Assembly (NCBI GenBank): GCA_951406725.2
Contig: OX597822.1
Coordinates: 41,230,001 to 41,294,000, forward strand
From: Octopus vulgaris
Lineage: Eukaryota
Reading direction: 5' to 3'
DNA: 64,000 nucleotides
Numbering within the stretch: position 1 is the first letter of the stretch; the number at the start of each line of letters is the position of its first letter. Shown here piece after piece: positions 11,271-25,367 of the stretch. The notes below the pieces were generated by a model. It saw only the letters and a program-made list of their open reading frames with translations, was not told the origin of the DNA and did not search any database. Made by a program: the position numbers and the translations under genes.

Positions 11271-12164
11271 CTTCTTTTTTTTTACTTATTTTTGAGAGCG
11301 GTTGGGTTCATTTTTAGCATTTTTTTTGTGAGAGCAGTCGAGTTTATTTCAGATATTAAGTACTACTTGATCACTGAATTTAATGTAAACGACACACCCT
11401 CCCTCCCTCCGTCCCTCCAAAATTGCAGCCTTGTGCCTATAGTAGAAATGAGCAAACAGAATCGTTACCGCTCCAGGAATGATGATTAGTAGCATTTCTA
11501 ATACCGCCGTAGTTGACTTTGCTTTTTATCCTTCCGGGGTTGATAAAATAAGTACCAGTTGAGAATTGGGGTTGATCTAATCCATTTAAATCCACCCCCA
11601 CCATCATTTGAAACTGCTGGCCTTGTGCCAAAATTTGAAACCAGTACTATACGTTTCATCATCACTATCGTCGTCATCACAAGCTTCTCCGCCATCATCG
11701 TCACCATGACTACCAGTACCAATAACAACAATAACGATGACGACGGTAAAAATAAAAATAAAAACACAGCAAAGCAAAAAAAACAACAAAAAAAACAAGA
11801 AGTACATCATCAACAGCAACAGCTATAATAATGGAAGCAACAAGAGCAACAAAACAGAAATTACATTTAAAAACAACAACAACAACAACAACAGGAATAT
11901 GAATAGCCACTTGAGATGGCGTCTAAACAGCAGTAAAAATTCTGGAAATCAACTCCACTTAACGGTGCGATATAGGAAATAGTTTTTCTTTACTGTTTCA
12001 CACACACACACACACGCACACACATTCACACACACACGCACGGTTCAAGCACAAACACGTATAAACATACATGCAAACACGCATGCGTGTTTGTGTTTTG
12101 TGTCATTCACGTGACATGCCATCTGTCTTCCCCTGATGTTTTTTTCCCCCATTTAATGAAATGC

Positions 12165-12365
12165 TCTCTTTTACTCTTTTACTTGTTTCAGTCCTTTGAC
12201 TGCGGCCATGCTAGAGCACCGCCTTTAGTCGCGCAAATCGACCCCAGGACTTATTCTTTGTAAGCCTAATACTTATTCTATCGGTCTCTTTTTGCTAAGT
12301 TACGGGGACGTAAACACACCACCATCGGTTACCAAGCGATGTTGGGGGGGACAAGCACAGACACA

Positions 12366-12402
<37 letters not shown>

Positions 12403-12415
12403 GGACGGTTTCTTT
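12165..12415 (-). mobile_element. SINE family A, 3' two-thirds
   Basis: Homology to 3245-3545. Confidence 0.8.
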
Positions 12416-12963
12416 AACCTGCCCGTTTCTCGGACATGTTCAGTTGTCGACAGGGCAAATTCTTCCGAACAGACAACTGCTACAGCACGAATGTGGCAAA
12501 AACTTTTGGAAATTGTCCATAATTTCAGACTTGAAACTACTTCAGAAGTGATTATTCTGGGTGCCCTCATCCACCCTCAGAATCGTTCCCACCTAAACAT
12601 CTCTCTCATCTTCCACTGACACTCTCTAGAATACGAGTACTGTCTTCCGATCGACCATATGGTCCAGCATTTCGGATGCCAAATACCAAACATCGATCTT
12701 CGTTTGACCCAGGACAGTACTTCGATCAAAGAGACGAGCTGCGGAAGGAAGTACCGGACAAACAGTGACCACACAGGTTCACTCTCAGTACTTGCCTGTG
12801 TATCACTAAGCACTTCTTATAATGGGCGATAACATCATTTGCGCCTCGGAGTATAGCGGAACCGGCCCCTTTCACCCCGCAAAAACAAAACAAATAGTCA
12901 TATTTATGTCTGCTATTTTTTTGGAGGAGGGGGGGATTGAATAAAATCAAAACAATGCTTATA

Positions 12964-13160
12964 CTTTTATTCTTTTCTCTGTTTCAGGCATATGACTGCG
13001 ACCATGCTGGAGCACTGTCTTGAAGAGTTTTAGTCGAACAGGATTAGTTTTTTTAATGCATAGTACGAATCACTAAGTTACAGGGACGTAAACACACCAA
13101 CAACTGTTGTCAAGCGGTGATTTGGGGCGGACAAACAGACACAAAGACATACAGACACAC
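12964..13160 (-). mobile_element. SINE family A, diverged 3' part
   Basis: TGACTGCGACCATGCTGGAGCAC..CTAAGTTACAGGGACGTAAACACACC. Confidence 0.75.
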
Positions 13161-13166
13161 AGACAC

Positions 13167-13222
<56 letters not shown>

Positions 13223-13526
13223 CAAAATAAGAAAATGGAGAAATATATCTAAATCATTCATCAACTATCAGATAATACCGAATCATATACTTTATTAAAA
13301 CACTACACAAGAGCATTAAGATTAGACATTAATACAGTACAATAATTACAATCAATATAATGAGATATAACTAAATAAATATAACAAGATATAAAAATAC
13401 ATATACATTATAACTGACAGCTGTTTCGGCCATGCAGATATGTATGTCTCATTTAACCTATATTAGCCATATATATATATATATATATATAAGACTTGTT
13501 TCTTTCAGTTTCCGTCTACCAGACGA

Positions 13527-13598
<72 letters not shown>

Positions 13599-14006
13599 AC
13601 GACGTGTTTCTTTCAGTTTCCGTCTACCAGACGATGATTTGTGTGCTCGTAATTCAAGACAAAAATTCGCACGGGTCTCGGCTCGTACAGCAATTTATAC
13701 GTATAATAGTGCATTCGTACTGTGAGGTTCTACTTTATATAACTTTATTTTATCAATCTTTTATCGATATTTTATCGATTTCTGAACGATGAAAATTAAA
13801 GCTGACGTTCATCATCAACTTGCAAAATTACACCTCTGTGGAAAATTTGAAAATAATCCATGGAGAATTGAAAAAATGTCTTTCAAGTGGTTGGAGAAAA
13901 ACGAAAAAGAGACTGTAAGGATTCTGTAAATTTAGTACAAGCACATACATACGCATACACTTACAGATACAAAAATATTCACACATATGCGCTCATACAC
14001 ACACAA

Positions 14007-14050
<44 letters not shown>

Positions 14051-14092
14051 CAATATATATATGTGAATATACATATATATATATATTCTTTT

Positions 14093-14350
14093 ATCCTTTT
14101 ATTCTTTTACTTGTTTCAGTCATTTCACTGCGGCCATGCTGGATCACCGCCTTTTAGTCGAATAAAGCCACCCCAGCACTTACTCTTTGTAAGCCTAGTA
14201 CTTATTCTATCGGTCTCTTTTTGGTGAAAGGCTAAATTACGGGGACGTAAACACACCAGCATCGGTTGGCAAACAATGGGGGGGTGGGGGATAAACACAG
14301 ACACACAAACACACACTGACATACACAGAGACAGACAGACACACACAAAC

Positions 14351-14384
<34 letters not shown>

Positions 14385-14518
14385 GAAATCGACTCACAAG
14401 GCTTTGGTCAGCCCAAGGCTATACTAGAAGATACTTACCAGGGTCCCACACACAGTAAATCTGAACCCAGAACCATGTGGTTGGTAAGCAAGCTACTTAC
14501 CACACAGCTACTCCTGCG

Positions 14519-14520
<2 letters not shown>
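14093..14520 (-). mobile_element. SINE family A
   Basis: Homology to 3245-3690. Confidence 0.82.
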
Positions 14521-14552
<32 letters not shown>

Positions 14553-14675
14553 AATAGATATAACTTGGAAATGGATGCGTGATGTTCGATCATATAAATA
14601 ATATATAAATATATGCATATATACATATATGTACATACCTACCTACATACATATGTATATATACATGTATATATG

Positions 14676-14850
14676 GGTACAGGACAACAAAAAATGTGAA
14701 CAAAATGAGAAACGAGAACATAAAAGACAAAAAACCTAGAAAACGAATTTTTTTCGAAGAACGAAAGAAACAAATAAAGAAACGAGACAGGCAACACGAA
14801 GAACACTCCCTTCATCAGTTGTCCCCTGTTTTAGCTACTCCGCGTTTCGA
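14676..14850 (-). mobile_element. Short repeat abutting TA-rich microsatellites, related to 4788-4950; carries CTGATGAAGGG on the minus strand
   Basis: Both loci share TTTTTTCGAA.AACGAAAGA..CCCTTCATCAGTTGT. Confidence 0.5.
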
Positions 14851-14961
14851 AATATATATATACGTAAAGGTCGAACGATGAAAATGAGTGCTCAACATCG
14901 CATTGGCGGATAGAATTCATTGGCTTGTAAATTAAGGCCACCATTGGTTTCATATTAAGAA

Positions 14962-14999
<38 letters not shown>

Positions 15000-15057
15000 A
15001 TAATATAACAAAATATAATGTATATAATACGCATCTTATATACATATGCTTTTTTTT

Positions 15058-15261
15058 TATTCTTTTACCTGTTTCAGTCATTTCACTGCAGCCATGCTGG
15101 AGCACCGCCTTTCGCCGAACAAATCGACCCCAGGACTTATTTTTGTAAACTTAGTACTTATTCTATCGGCTCCGTATGCCGAACCGCTAAGTTACGGGAA
15201 TGTAAACACACCAACATAGATTTTCAAGTGATGGTGGGGAAACAAACACACACACACACAC

Positions 15262-15343
<82 letters not shown>

Positions 15344-15415
15344 CGTGGGCTTCTTTCAGTTTCCGTCTACTAAATCCACTCACAAGTCTTTGGGTGGCCC
15401 AAGCCTATAGTAGAA
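15058..15415 (-). mobile_element. SINE family A, head truncated
   Basis: Homology to 3245-3605. Confidence 0.8.
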
Positions 15416-15584
15416 AACAGAAACAGTAATATAAATTGCACGTGACGAATATACAAGGTAAAGTTCACGTATATAACAATATGTAGGCAGAAGTACTAAT
15501 CTATAACGTATATGATGTATGTACGGAGTAAAGTTTTCATATACATATATATATGAGTTTGTGTGCGTTTGTTTCTCTCAGTTC

Positions 15585-15644
<60 letters not shown>

Positions 15645-15816
15645 CCAGTTTATGTGTGTGCGCTCATGTGTATTTGCAAGTGTGTGAATATGTGTGTGAG
15701 TATATATATATACTGTGTGTTTCTTAAATGGCTTATAAACACCTTCCACGCTGCAATTGTTTTCGTTTCAGCACACGATCTCAGATCAAATTACTTGCTA
15801 TGCGAGTACATCTCCG

Positions 15817-15874
<58 letters not shown>

Positions 15875-16430
15875 TCTGTTCTATAGCTTTCATGGTATGT
15901 ATAATAGTAGGAGTAATAAAATTTAAATTTAAGAGGTTTCACAGTAGAAATATAGTAATTAAAAGATAATTTATTACATACTAATTACAGATTTATTACA
16001 TATTGAATTAATTATTTAAATTATTATTTAGAAGACTATAAAACTAGTCTGGAAAAGGAAAAGCGTCGGCTATAAATTATTGAGGTAATGTCCTTTACTG
16101 TGTAAACCCATAAATACACACCCCCACACCCCCACACACACATACAGGCATACACTTACATACACTCTCTCTCTCTCCCTCTCTCGCTCCTGCTGTGTGT
16201 ATATATACATGTGTGTGTGTGTGTGCGTATGTGTGCGTGTGTGTGCGCGCGCGCAAAAGCTGTAGATTGTCAATGTAAGACGAATAATGTGCTCAATAGG
16301 TATATATATTTAAGCCGAATTGTGACGTGCAACTCGTGCTATGACTCACATACACATGCCCTCACACGCACGACGACACACACTCACACATACTTACACA
16401 TACTCGCATACGTATATACATACATGCATA

Positions 16431-16464
<34 letters not shown>

Positions 16465-16471
<7 letters not shown>

Positions 16472-17071
16472 TATATAGAGGACATTATTACACATAAATG
16501 CCACGCGCTAGGAGGGACTTTCAAAGTCATTACTACCAAAAAATAAACGAATCGTACCGAATGCAGCTCTCGAAGCAAGACATTTAAAAACAGAATTTAG
16601 TTCCAGATCACCTGTGATTTCGCTTCTTACCGAAATGCTGTTCGAAAAAGCCCGCCATTTACATATATATATGACGAATGAGCATTTCCATGTGCTACGA
16701 TGGAGGCGACGGTTATCTGTTTGGTTCTGCCGGGTATGTTGGTTTTGTTCATTCTTGATATGTTTTGAATATGTCTCACTGAGGAACAAAAGACGTAGAT
16801 AATACGTTAATTGCGAAATCACAGGTGATCTGGAACTAAATTCTGTTTTTAAATGTCTTGCTTCGAGAGCTGCATTCGGTACGATTCGTTTATTTTCTGG
16901 TAGTAATGACTTTGAAAGTTCCTCCTAGCGTGTGGCATTTATGTGTAATAATGCCCTTTATATAATATAAACAAATATTTTCAAGTGAAAAAAATTTTCT
17001 GATTTTTTGTCTTATGAGGTTTTTCACGCTAACTACCTGATAATTTCTTATTAAGATTTTATCTTTAATTG

Positions 17072-17073
<2 letters not shown>
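16465..17073. mobile_element. Inverted-arm element in (TA)n with hammerhead (Penelope-like)
   Basis: 16465-16623 is the reverse complement of 16813-16971 (~158 bp, few mismatches); (TA)n at both ends. Confidence 0.72.
16775..16834 (+). ncRNA. Type I hammerhead ribozyme motif
   Basis: CTCA-CTGAGGA-ACAA..TTGC-GAAA-TCAC-AG-GTGA-TC-TGGA: stem III ATCAC/GTGAT, AUC triplet, short stem I with a G.U pair, stem II closing A.C mismatch. Confidence 0.65.
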
Positions 17074-17138
<65 letters not shown>

Positions 17139-17139
<1 letters not shown>

Positions 17140-17810
17140 GTAGTGGATCTTGTATGCATGAAGTGGAGTCGATCCACCATAGCCAAATTTAAATTAACGC
17201 TGCAACAGAACTGTTCCCATGGTGGAACAATGGTTTTTCTCTGACAGCAGTTTTACATTTTCCGAAATAATGCCTTCACTACTTGACCCTTTCTAACCTC
17301 TTCTACTTCACCAAAAATAAGAATAGAGATAACAAGACCACCAACTAAATCTATTGTTCTCAATGATATATCTATCCTTCTAGATGGTTATATAAGCAAG
17401 CACATCTCAAGCAAAAATCAGTTCGTCACAGTCGTGACGATTCAACCACGTTAGTCACCAGTTGGTGACAGCTTAGTGAGAACGTAATATGGCTGACCAG
17501 CTAGAACCTTGGTCACAGGGAGAAATGAAGTTTACTGTCAGCAGCTGTGAGACAACACCATACAATTCTCTCTAGCTCTAATTCTGTTCTCTTACAACAT
17601 CATTCTATCTGTCTTAGCAATTACTACTAATCAATGAAGAGAACCCAAACTCAAACTTTACTTCGTATGCTTTTGGATGTATCAAAACCTGCCTGTAGAG
17701 GCAAGGTATTAGTAACGTAACGGTAAATAAATATTTCCTTAAAACTTCATGCATAGTTCATCTTTCACATCTTACAACATGCAATGATAACAACAAACTT
17801 TATCGCTACA
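17139..17810 (+). mobile_element. Possible solo LTR
   Basis: Begins TGTAGTG and ends CGCTACA (imperfect terminal inverted repeat); TATATAAG ~17389 and AATAAA ~17726; no TSD seen. Confidence 0.3.
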
Positions 17811-18760
17811 AATTTTTAGCGTCGCAAATGCTGACCACGACAAATCATATTATGTACCAAATCAATTATTTCCGTTACATATATATGCACACACACACCC
17901 ACACACACACAAATACATAATTCTGTATGTGTATGTATGTGAATCTGTGTGTAAGAGTGTGTGTGTGGGAGTGTGCGTGTGTGTGTGCGTGCGTTCGTGT
18001 GTGCGTGCATATAGATTTAATTTCAGTCAGTTTAATATCATCGAGTGGTTTCATGCTGGAAAAGCCTCTGAATTTTTGAGAGGTAAATTAATAATCATCG
18101 GATATGGCTGGATGTAAAATATATAGCTTGAAGTCTTTGTTACCGGAGGCCTGAAGCCGCCACATCCGTAAAAAACACGCAAAGCAAAAATAATAAAAAG
18201 GAAACTCGTAGATGAAATACACACAGTCAAAGAATACAGGAAAATAAAACGAAGCCCAACAGAGTTATGTCCCTTGTTAGCCATTTCTGATGCGTGTCAC
18301 TTTACCTCACCACAAATAGGTTTATTCAGATTGTAAGCGTTTTCATAACAGTGTTTTCAAAGTCCTTTTAAAATGCATGAAATTTATATTCCTCTTGCTC
18401 AGTTTAAATATCTGTGTAGCATTATTGTGATTACTAATCATTTTTGAAACCACGTGGTTCCAAGATCGTTTACAATGCGGCTTTTTTAGGCAAATGTGTT
18501 CTAATATAAACTTGGCTTGACCAATATCTTGTGAGGCATTGAATTATATAGAAGTATGCCCAACTCAAAGACTCTATTATAGTTTACTAATTCGGAACTT
18601 AGTACCAACGGTTTTATTTGCCACATAAAAATATTCCGAAGTCTGTAGGAAAACAAACACAAATGGAAAAGGAATTCCAAGTGATTAATTTTCCGAGAGG
18701 AAAGATGATGTCTAGTTGTTAATGTCAGCCATCAGATGGTGATATAAATATATATGTATG

Positions 18761-18791
<31 letters not shown>

Positions 18792-18796
18792 GTATA

Positions 18797-18910
<114 letters not shown>

Positions 18911-19110
18911 CGTATACATATATACATATATATATGTATATATATATATATATATATATACCTCCACCATCACCCCTATATATAATAGTAGTGATGGTGG
19001 AGGTGGGGAGGATGAAAGGGAGAGAACTGAATATATTTGTTTGGCTGTTGTGGTGAGGAATATGGATCTAGGTTCAGAGGAACAGAGGTCGCTGCAATAG
19101 AGATATAATG

Positions 19111-19150
<40 letters not shown>

Positions 19151-19554
19151 GAATGTGTGAGAGAGAGAGAGAGAGAGAGGGACAGAGAGACAGAGAGACA
19201 GAGAGACAGACACGTAGACAGACAGAGACAGGGTGAGACAGGGAGAGGTCACCGAAGCAGTTCAAACCAGTGTCTAAATTATGATGGTGTGTAGGACTCT
19301 ACGAGACAGTCAAATGGATATCTTTTGGATTTGATGTCTTTGATATTTGTGTATGTATCAACAGCAGCAGGAGCAGTAACAACGTCTCCCCAAAAAATTA
19401 GAGCAATAGCAATATTCCATTGGTGGTTTTACGTGAAATGGCTCAGATCATCAGGTCTGAAATATCTTCTGTCCCTGAAGAGAATGGTTAAGTCTTTGGG
19501 ATGTAGCTCTATTTATATTAAGTGTCATCACCAGTCATTATCTGAGATTTCACA

Positions 19555-19763
19555 TCTCCACTACCATCACCCCTACCGTCACCATAGCTTCATCATCATC
19601 ACCATCACCACTACCACCCCACCCCCACCCCCAACACTACAATCGTCATCATCATCATCACCACTGCTACTACCACCACCATCATCGTCATCATCATCAT
19701 CACCACTACTACTACCACCACCACCATCGTCTCTCATCATTATCATCATCAGAATCACAATCA

Positions 19764-19794
<31 letters not shown>

Positions 19795-19834
19795 CATCAT
19801 CGTCATCATCATCATCATCATCATCATCACCACT

Positions 19835-19867
<33 letters not shown>

Positions 19868-20030
19868 GTCACTATCATCATCATCTTCATCATCATCATC
19901 ATCATAGCCACCACCACCACCACCACAATCATCGCCAGCATCATCATCATTACCATCATCACACTACCCCCATCACCACCACATTATCATCATCACCACT
20001 ACCACCACCACTATCATCATCATCATCCTT
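19555..20030. repeat. (CAT)/(CAC) low-complexity tract
   Basis: Read directly. Confidence 0.93.
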
Positions 20031-21771
20031 CATTCGCCAACCTTCTCAATTTCACAACAAACAAGTAATTTAATATCAAGTCACCAATTATTGCTCACAA
20101 ATTTTAAGTGCTCCTCCCTTATAATCACTTATCATTGAAGGTCAATTCACGTCGCAGGCAACGTGACTGGTTCGAACTTAGAACATCGCGAGTTAACTTA
20201 ACGCTTAACCGTTTTCATTGTTGATATAATCGAATTATATACTTAATTGCAGGTCACCTTTCGGTGCGGTTTTATAAGCCTAATGTGTTTTACACAAAAG
20301 ATCCTGAAGACATGAAAATATTACGTATTTTTGCGCGGAATTACTTAATATATTTCGTGTTCTACGCATAATAGCTGAATAACCAAATGTGTGGCAGGTT
20401 TCCCAACGATTCTTTCTGGAACCAGTGAAATCGCGAAGACTAACCATTTATCGATGAGTTTCCGAATAGTTGTGTTCCTCAACTCCAGTCGTTTGAATAA
20501 TCGGTAACGTGAAACCCAAACTAAAGTTTTCAGATATTTTAATAAAATATACGAAATCTACACTCTGTGATGGATATGTTTTTCTCCCTTTGTAAACTCA
20601 ACCGATCACCAAACAACGTGTCTATGCGTGTATATATGTATGTGTGTATATATGTGTGTGTGTATATATGTGTACGGACATGTGTGTATTCGTCTCGGGT
20701 ATGACTTTAAACTGCATTTGGTAGTGAAAGCCTGGTTCGGAAATCCCAGAATTTCTGAAGAGTGTGGAACCACCGCTTAACCATCATTGTTCCCGAGTCT
20801 ACTCTGACCTGAAGTAGTAGCACTCATGAGGGTCTCAGCTTTTGGTTAATTAATATATTAGGGCTTGCCTACCTATGCATATGAGGACTGGATCCAGCAG
20901 GTATTGCAGAAGAAACTTTCATGGTTCAACGGGGATAACGGCAGCTGCGGCTGCACATTGGGGATTGCAGAGAGCAAGATGAGGCAAAAAGACATCTTGG
21001 TCATCCATTGCATCCGTCCCCATCCACATTTGTCTTGCTACTAGATTGAAAATGGTCACATATTTAGAAAGCTGACGATGTGGAATTGTTTACTTTAAAC
21101 AAAGTCACCGTGCAAGTCATCAGACATCCTTAAGGATAGGATAATTAGACGGTCCTCGTCACTCTGATGGACGAACATGCGAACACGTACATGCAGTGTA
21201 TTATGGTTGCAAAATGAAATACTGCATCCTTTCTAGCAATCAATATTTACATACCAGCTGTCAGAAATGTGTTTAATATGTAAATCGGTCAATTCAGTAG
21301 CGTTATACGGCTAAACATAGTGGGTATCTAAGCAATGTGTTCATGGATAGTTAACGGTTCAGATGTGGTACTGATAAAAGTGGAATAACTCTTGAAATAT
21401 GCATATACACTCATTGCCTATCCTTTTTTTTTTATCTTCGATTGCTTTGTTTTCTAGATGTATTCGTTTACGAAACTTAGTAAATTACAATGCTGGCTCT
21501 AAATTCTATAGGAAATCTATAGGCATAGACTTGAAGTGAATACACTGCACTGCTAACCCAAGTTAAGACACAATAGTAACTTGTAAGCATTTAATATACT
21601 TTGTAGTATATATTTTGGTTGCAAAAACAAAATATTGTATCCCTAACAGTAATCAATACGTACATACACAATCATATACACATGCTTATATACATACATA
21701 CATACATTCATACATACATACATGCATAACACACACACACATACACACACACACATATATTCTTGTATTCT

Positions 21772-22043
21772 TTTACTTGTTTCAGTCATTTGACTGTAGT
21801 CATGCTGAGGCACTACCGTAAAGGGTTATTTAGTCGAAGAAATCTATCTCAGGACTTATTCCCAGTAAGCATAGTACTTATTCTAATTCTATCGGACTTT
21901 TGTCAAACCACTACGTTACAGGGACGTAAACACACCAACATCGGTTGACAAGCGATGGTGAGGGGACAAACACAGACACAAACGCATACACTTATATATA
22001 CGACAGAATTCTTTCAGTTTCCGCTTACCAAATCCCCTCACAA
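21772..22043 (-). mobile_element. SINE family A, diverged
   Basis: CTTTTACTTGTTTCAGTCATTTGACTG..CAGTTTCCGCTTACCAAATCCCCTCACAA. Confidence 0.75.
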
Positions 22044-22055
22044 ACAAAGACAGAC

Positions 22056-22139
<84 letters not shown>

Positions 22140-22289
22140 GTAGGTAGGTAGGTAGGTAGGTAGGTAGGTAGATAGATATGCATACTGCCTGAATACAGAG
22201 AGCAACTCAACTAATTCGATTAGCAATTGTCTGCTTATTAAGAGTCTCTACGCATGTTCCTGCGGGTCCGTGCTATTTTATAATCATTT

Positions 22290-22505
22290 TTTTATTATAG
22301 GCTCAAGGCGTAAAAATTTGGGGGCGAGGGTCAGTCGATTAACTCGACCTCAGAGTTCAACTGCTAAATATTTTACCATCCTCGAAAGGATGAAAGAAAG
22401 GCAAAGTCGACTACGGAAGAATTTGAACACAGAACGTCAAAAGCGACGAAGATGGCGATGAGTATTTTGCCCAGCGCGTTAACGATTCTGGCCGCTCGAC
22501 GCCTT
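22290..22505 (-). mobile_element. SINE family B monomer, diverged
   Basis: GAAAGGATGAAAG..GGCAAAGTCGAC..AATTTGAAC; head at ~22505. Confidence 0.7.
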
Positions 22506-22631
22506 CCGTGCTACTGACAATAAAAGAGTATAGAGCGAAGATTTTATCCCTTTACTTATTAGTATTCTCTGACGGCAGCGGGTATAAAATATAACTAAAG
22601 GATTGGAACAGCGTGTCTGAATAACATTGTA

Positions 22632-22689
<58 letters not shown>

Positions 22690-22735
22690 TTATTTATCTA
22701 TCTATCTAGACAGATAGGCAGACTGAAAGATAGAT

Positions 22736-22818
22736 AGATAGATAAGTTTCTTTATTGGCCACACAGGGCTGTCCCATCTGTGTGCAGCCCTGTGTGGCCA
22801 ATAAAGAAACTTATCTAT
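22736..22818. repeat. Perfect-arm hairpin (~34-bp arms, 13-nt loop) inside (GATA)n/(TATC)n
   Basis: ATAGATAAGTTTCTTTATTGGCCACACAGGGCTG / CAGCCCTGTGTGGCCAATAAAGAAACTTATCTAT. Confidence 0.9.
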
Positions 22819-22898
22819 ATATCTATCTATCTTTCTGTCTGCCTATCTGTCTATCTATCAGTCTGTGTGTTTAATCTATCTATTTGTCTGTCTATCTA

Positions 22899-23065
<167 letters not shown>

Positions 23066-23300
23066 GATGCATATGTGCGCGCGTGTGAGTGTGCATGTAT
23101 ACGGTGTGCGTGTATGAGAGTGCGTGCATGAGTGTGCGTGTGTATGTGTGTGTGTATGCGTGTCTCTGAGTCCGTGCCTGTGTCAGCAGCAGCAGCAGCA
23201 GCAGCAGTAGCAGCAGTTCTCGGTGTTTCTGTAACGACTACAAGGACAATAGTGATAAATTACCAAAGGCCTAACAATCACTCTCAAAGACAACACACAT

Positions 23301-23333
<33 letters not shown>

Positions 23334-23486
23334 TACACTCAGACATAGACACATTCATGCTCCTAATCGTACAATCACACCCATACGGACACACCAGCGC
23401 ATGTACACTTATAGCTGGACATACGCATGCGCAAACACACGCACTTGCATACGCATTCCAATACACACACATTCACAAACATGCTT

Positions 23487-23557
<71 letters not shown>

Positions 23558-24317
23558 TACACACGCAGCACACATTAAACTTAAATCAGACCATCTTTGC
23601 CATTGTAAACCATTCAAACCGCATAGATGGCGCCACACGTCTACTTCCGTTCTCTAGTTCTTCGTAACGTACATCCTCAAGATGTCTGCCTTTGTATGCT
23701 TATGCAAATGAATGCGTATGTGTGTCTGTACTGCTATATGTGTGTGCATGTGTGTGCGTGTGTGTATGTGTGTGCTCCTGTGTGTGTGCTTCTGCGCAAC
23801 TATGCATGTGCATGTGTGTGCGTTTGTGTGTCGCTATGTGTGTGTGTGCATGTATGTGTGATAGTATGTAAACGCTCGTGTGTGCTAGTATGTGTGTGCA
23901 TGCGTGCGCGTGTGTGTGCATGTTGCTTTGTGTGTGTGTGCGCGTGTGTGTATGTGCCTATGTGTGTGTACGTATGTGTGCATGTGTTCCTATAAATGCA
24001 TATTTCCGTGTGTGTGTTTGTGTTTACATTTGTGTGTCTATGCTCACAAGTGTATGTGTGTATATATATATACACACACACATACTCATGCACGCACACA
24101 ATCACATATACTCACATAAACACACGTAAACATGCACATACTCTCACATAAAAGCATACACACATCTCCCATTAATCATGCTTCCAACTCAATAGCATTG
24201 GAAGATGTCGAGCCTTGGGCAAGTTTTACATACCATTCACTCTTAAATGAAGTTAGCAATGGATGAATGTCACAACCTCTCACTTAACCTCCTATCAATG
24301 TACTGCCAACATCATTA

Positions 24318-24512
<195 letters not shown>

Positions 24513-24660
24513 ATTTGACCGTTGCATTTTAATCCGAGGTCAGCCCTTATTAAAGTTCCAGGTGAGAAATAAGATCAATGACGTCTCAGCCATGACCCTC
24601 AATTTCCTTTCCTTCGTATGTAGTATATCTAGGTCAAAATTATCTTTCGAAGTGGATATA

Positions 24661-24995
24661 AAGGCGGCGATATGGCAGAACCGTTAGCACGTCGGGCGAA
24701 ATACTTATTGCTATTCTGTCCGTCTTCACGTTCTGAATTCAAATTACGCCGAGGTCGACCTTTGCTGTTCATTCATTCAGCGTCGATAAAATAAGTAGCA
24801 GTTACGCTCTGGGATCGATGTAATCAACTAACCACTCCCCCAAAACTTCAGGCCTTGTGCCTATTGTAGAAAGGATTATTTGAAGGGGATTTCAAAGCGG
24901 TGTGCTGGCGGAACCGTTAACACTCTGGACAATAATGCTTAGCGGTATTCCATCACTCCTTTACGCTCTGAGCTCAATATCCACCGAGATCGGTT
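24661..24995 (+). mobile_element. SINE family B monomer plus a second head
   Basis: AAGGCGGCGATATGGCAGAACCGTTAGCACG..GGCCTTGTGCCT. Confidence 0.78.
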
Positions 24996-25002
24996 TTAAA
25001 TA

Positions 25003-25227
25003 TTGAGTTGTCCGGAAAGTTCGTGCCGATTTATAGTAGCTTATCTTTCGACTTACCCTCCCAGGCACCTCAATTGTGGGAAGAGGGCATTTTCAAATTA
25101 AAGCAATGATGGAGGCGCATTGTGCAACAAAATGGTTCATATTTGGTTGATTAAAAATGTAATGGCAAGTATTTATTGACCTTTTTCTTTCCTTTAATAA
25201 TCGGCACGAACTTTCTGGACAACCCAA
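25003..25227. mobile_element. Mariner-type MITE with ~30-bp TIRs and TA target duplication
   Basis: TA|TTGAGTTGTCCGGAAAGTTCGTGCCGATT ... AATCGGCACGAACTTTCTGGACAACCCAA|TA. Confidence 0.85.
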
Positions 25228-25367
25228 TATTTACCAGAATATTAGTGTATATTTAGTTTTTTTATTTATTAATTTCTTCTCTTCGTGGTTACATTGGCTC
25301 ATTATTCTTGACAGAATTCTCAATCAATTCTTTTAGTGACATTCCGTTGCAATATTTCTAGGTAACT

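Noticed and set aside
19325-20068. 247-aa Pro/Ser/His/Ile-rich ORF
   Set aside because: Mostly (CAT)/(CAC) low-complexity sequence with a non-ATG start; the same applies to 29851-30312.
20060-21640. Longest low-repeat stretch, examined for exons
   Set aside because: No ORF of 60 aa or more and no recognisable peptide; small exons cannot be excluded without RNA-seq.
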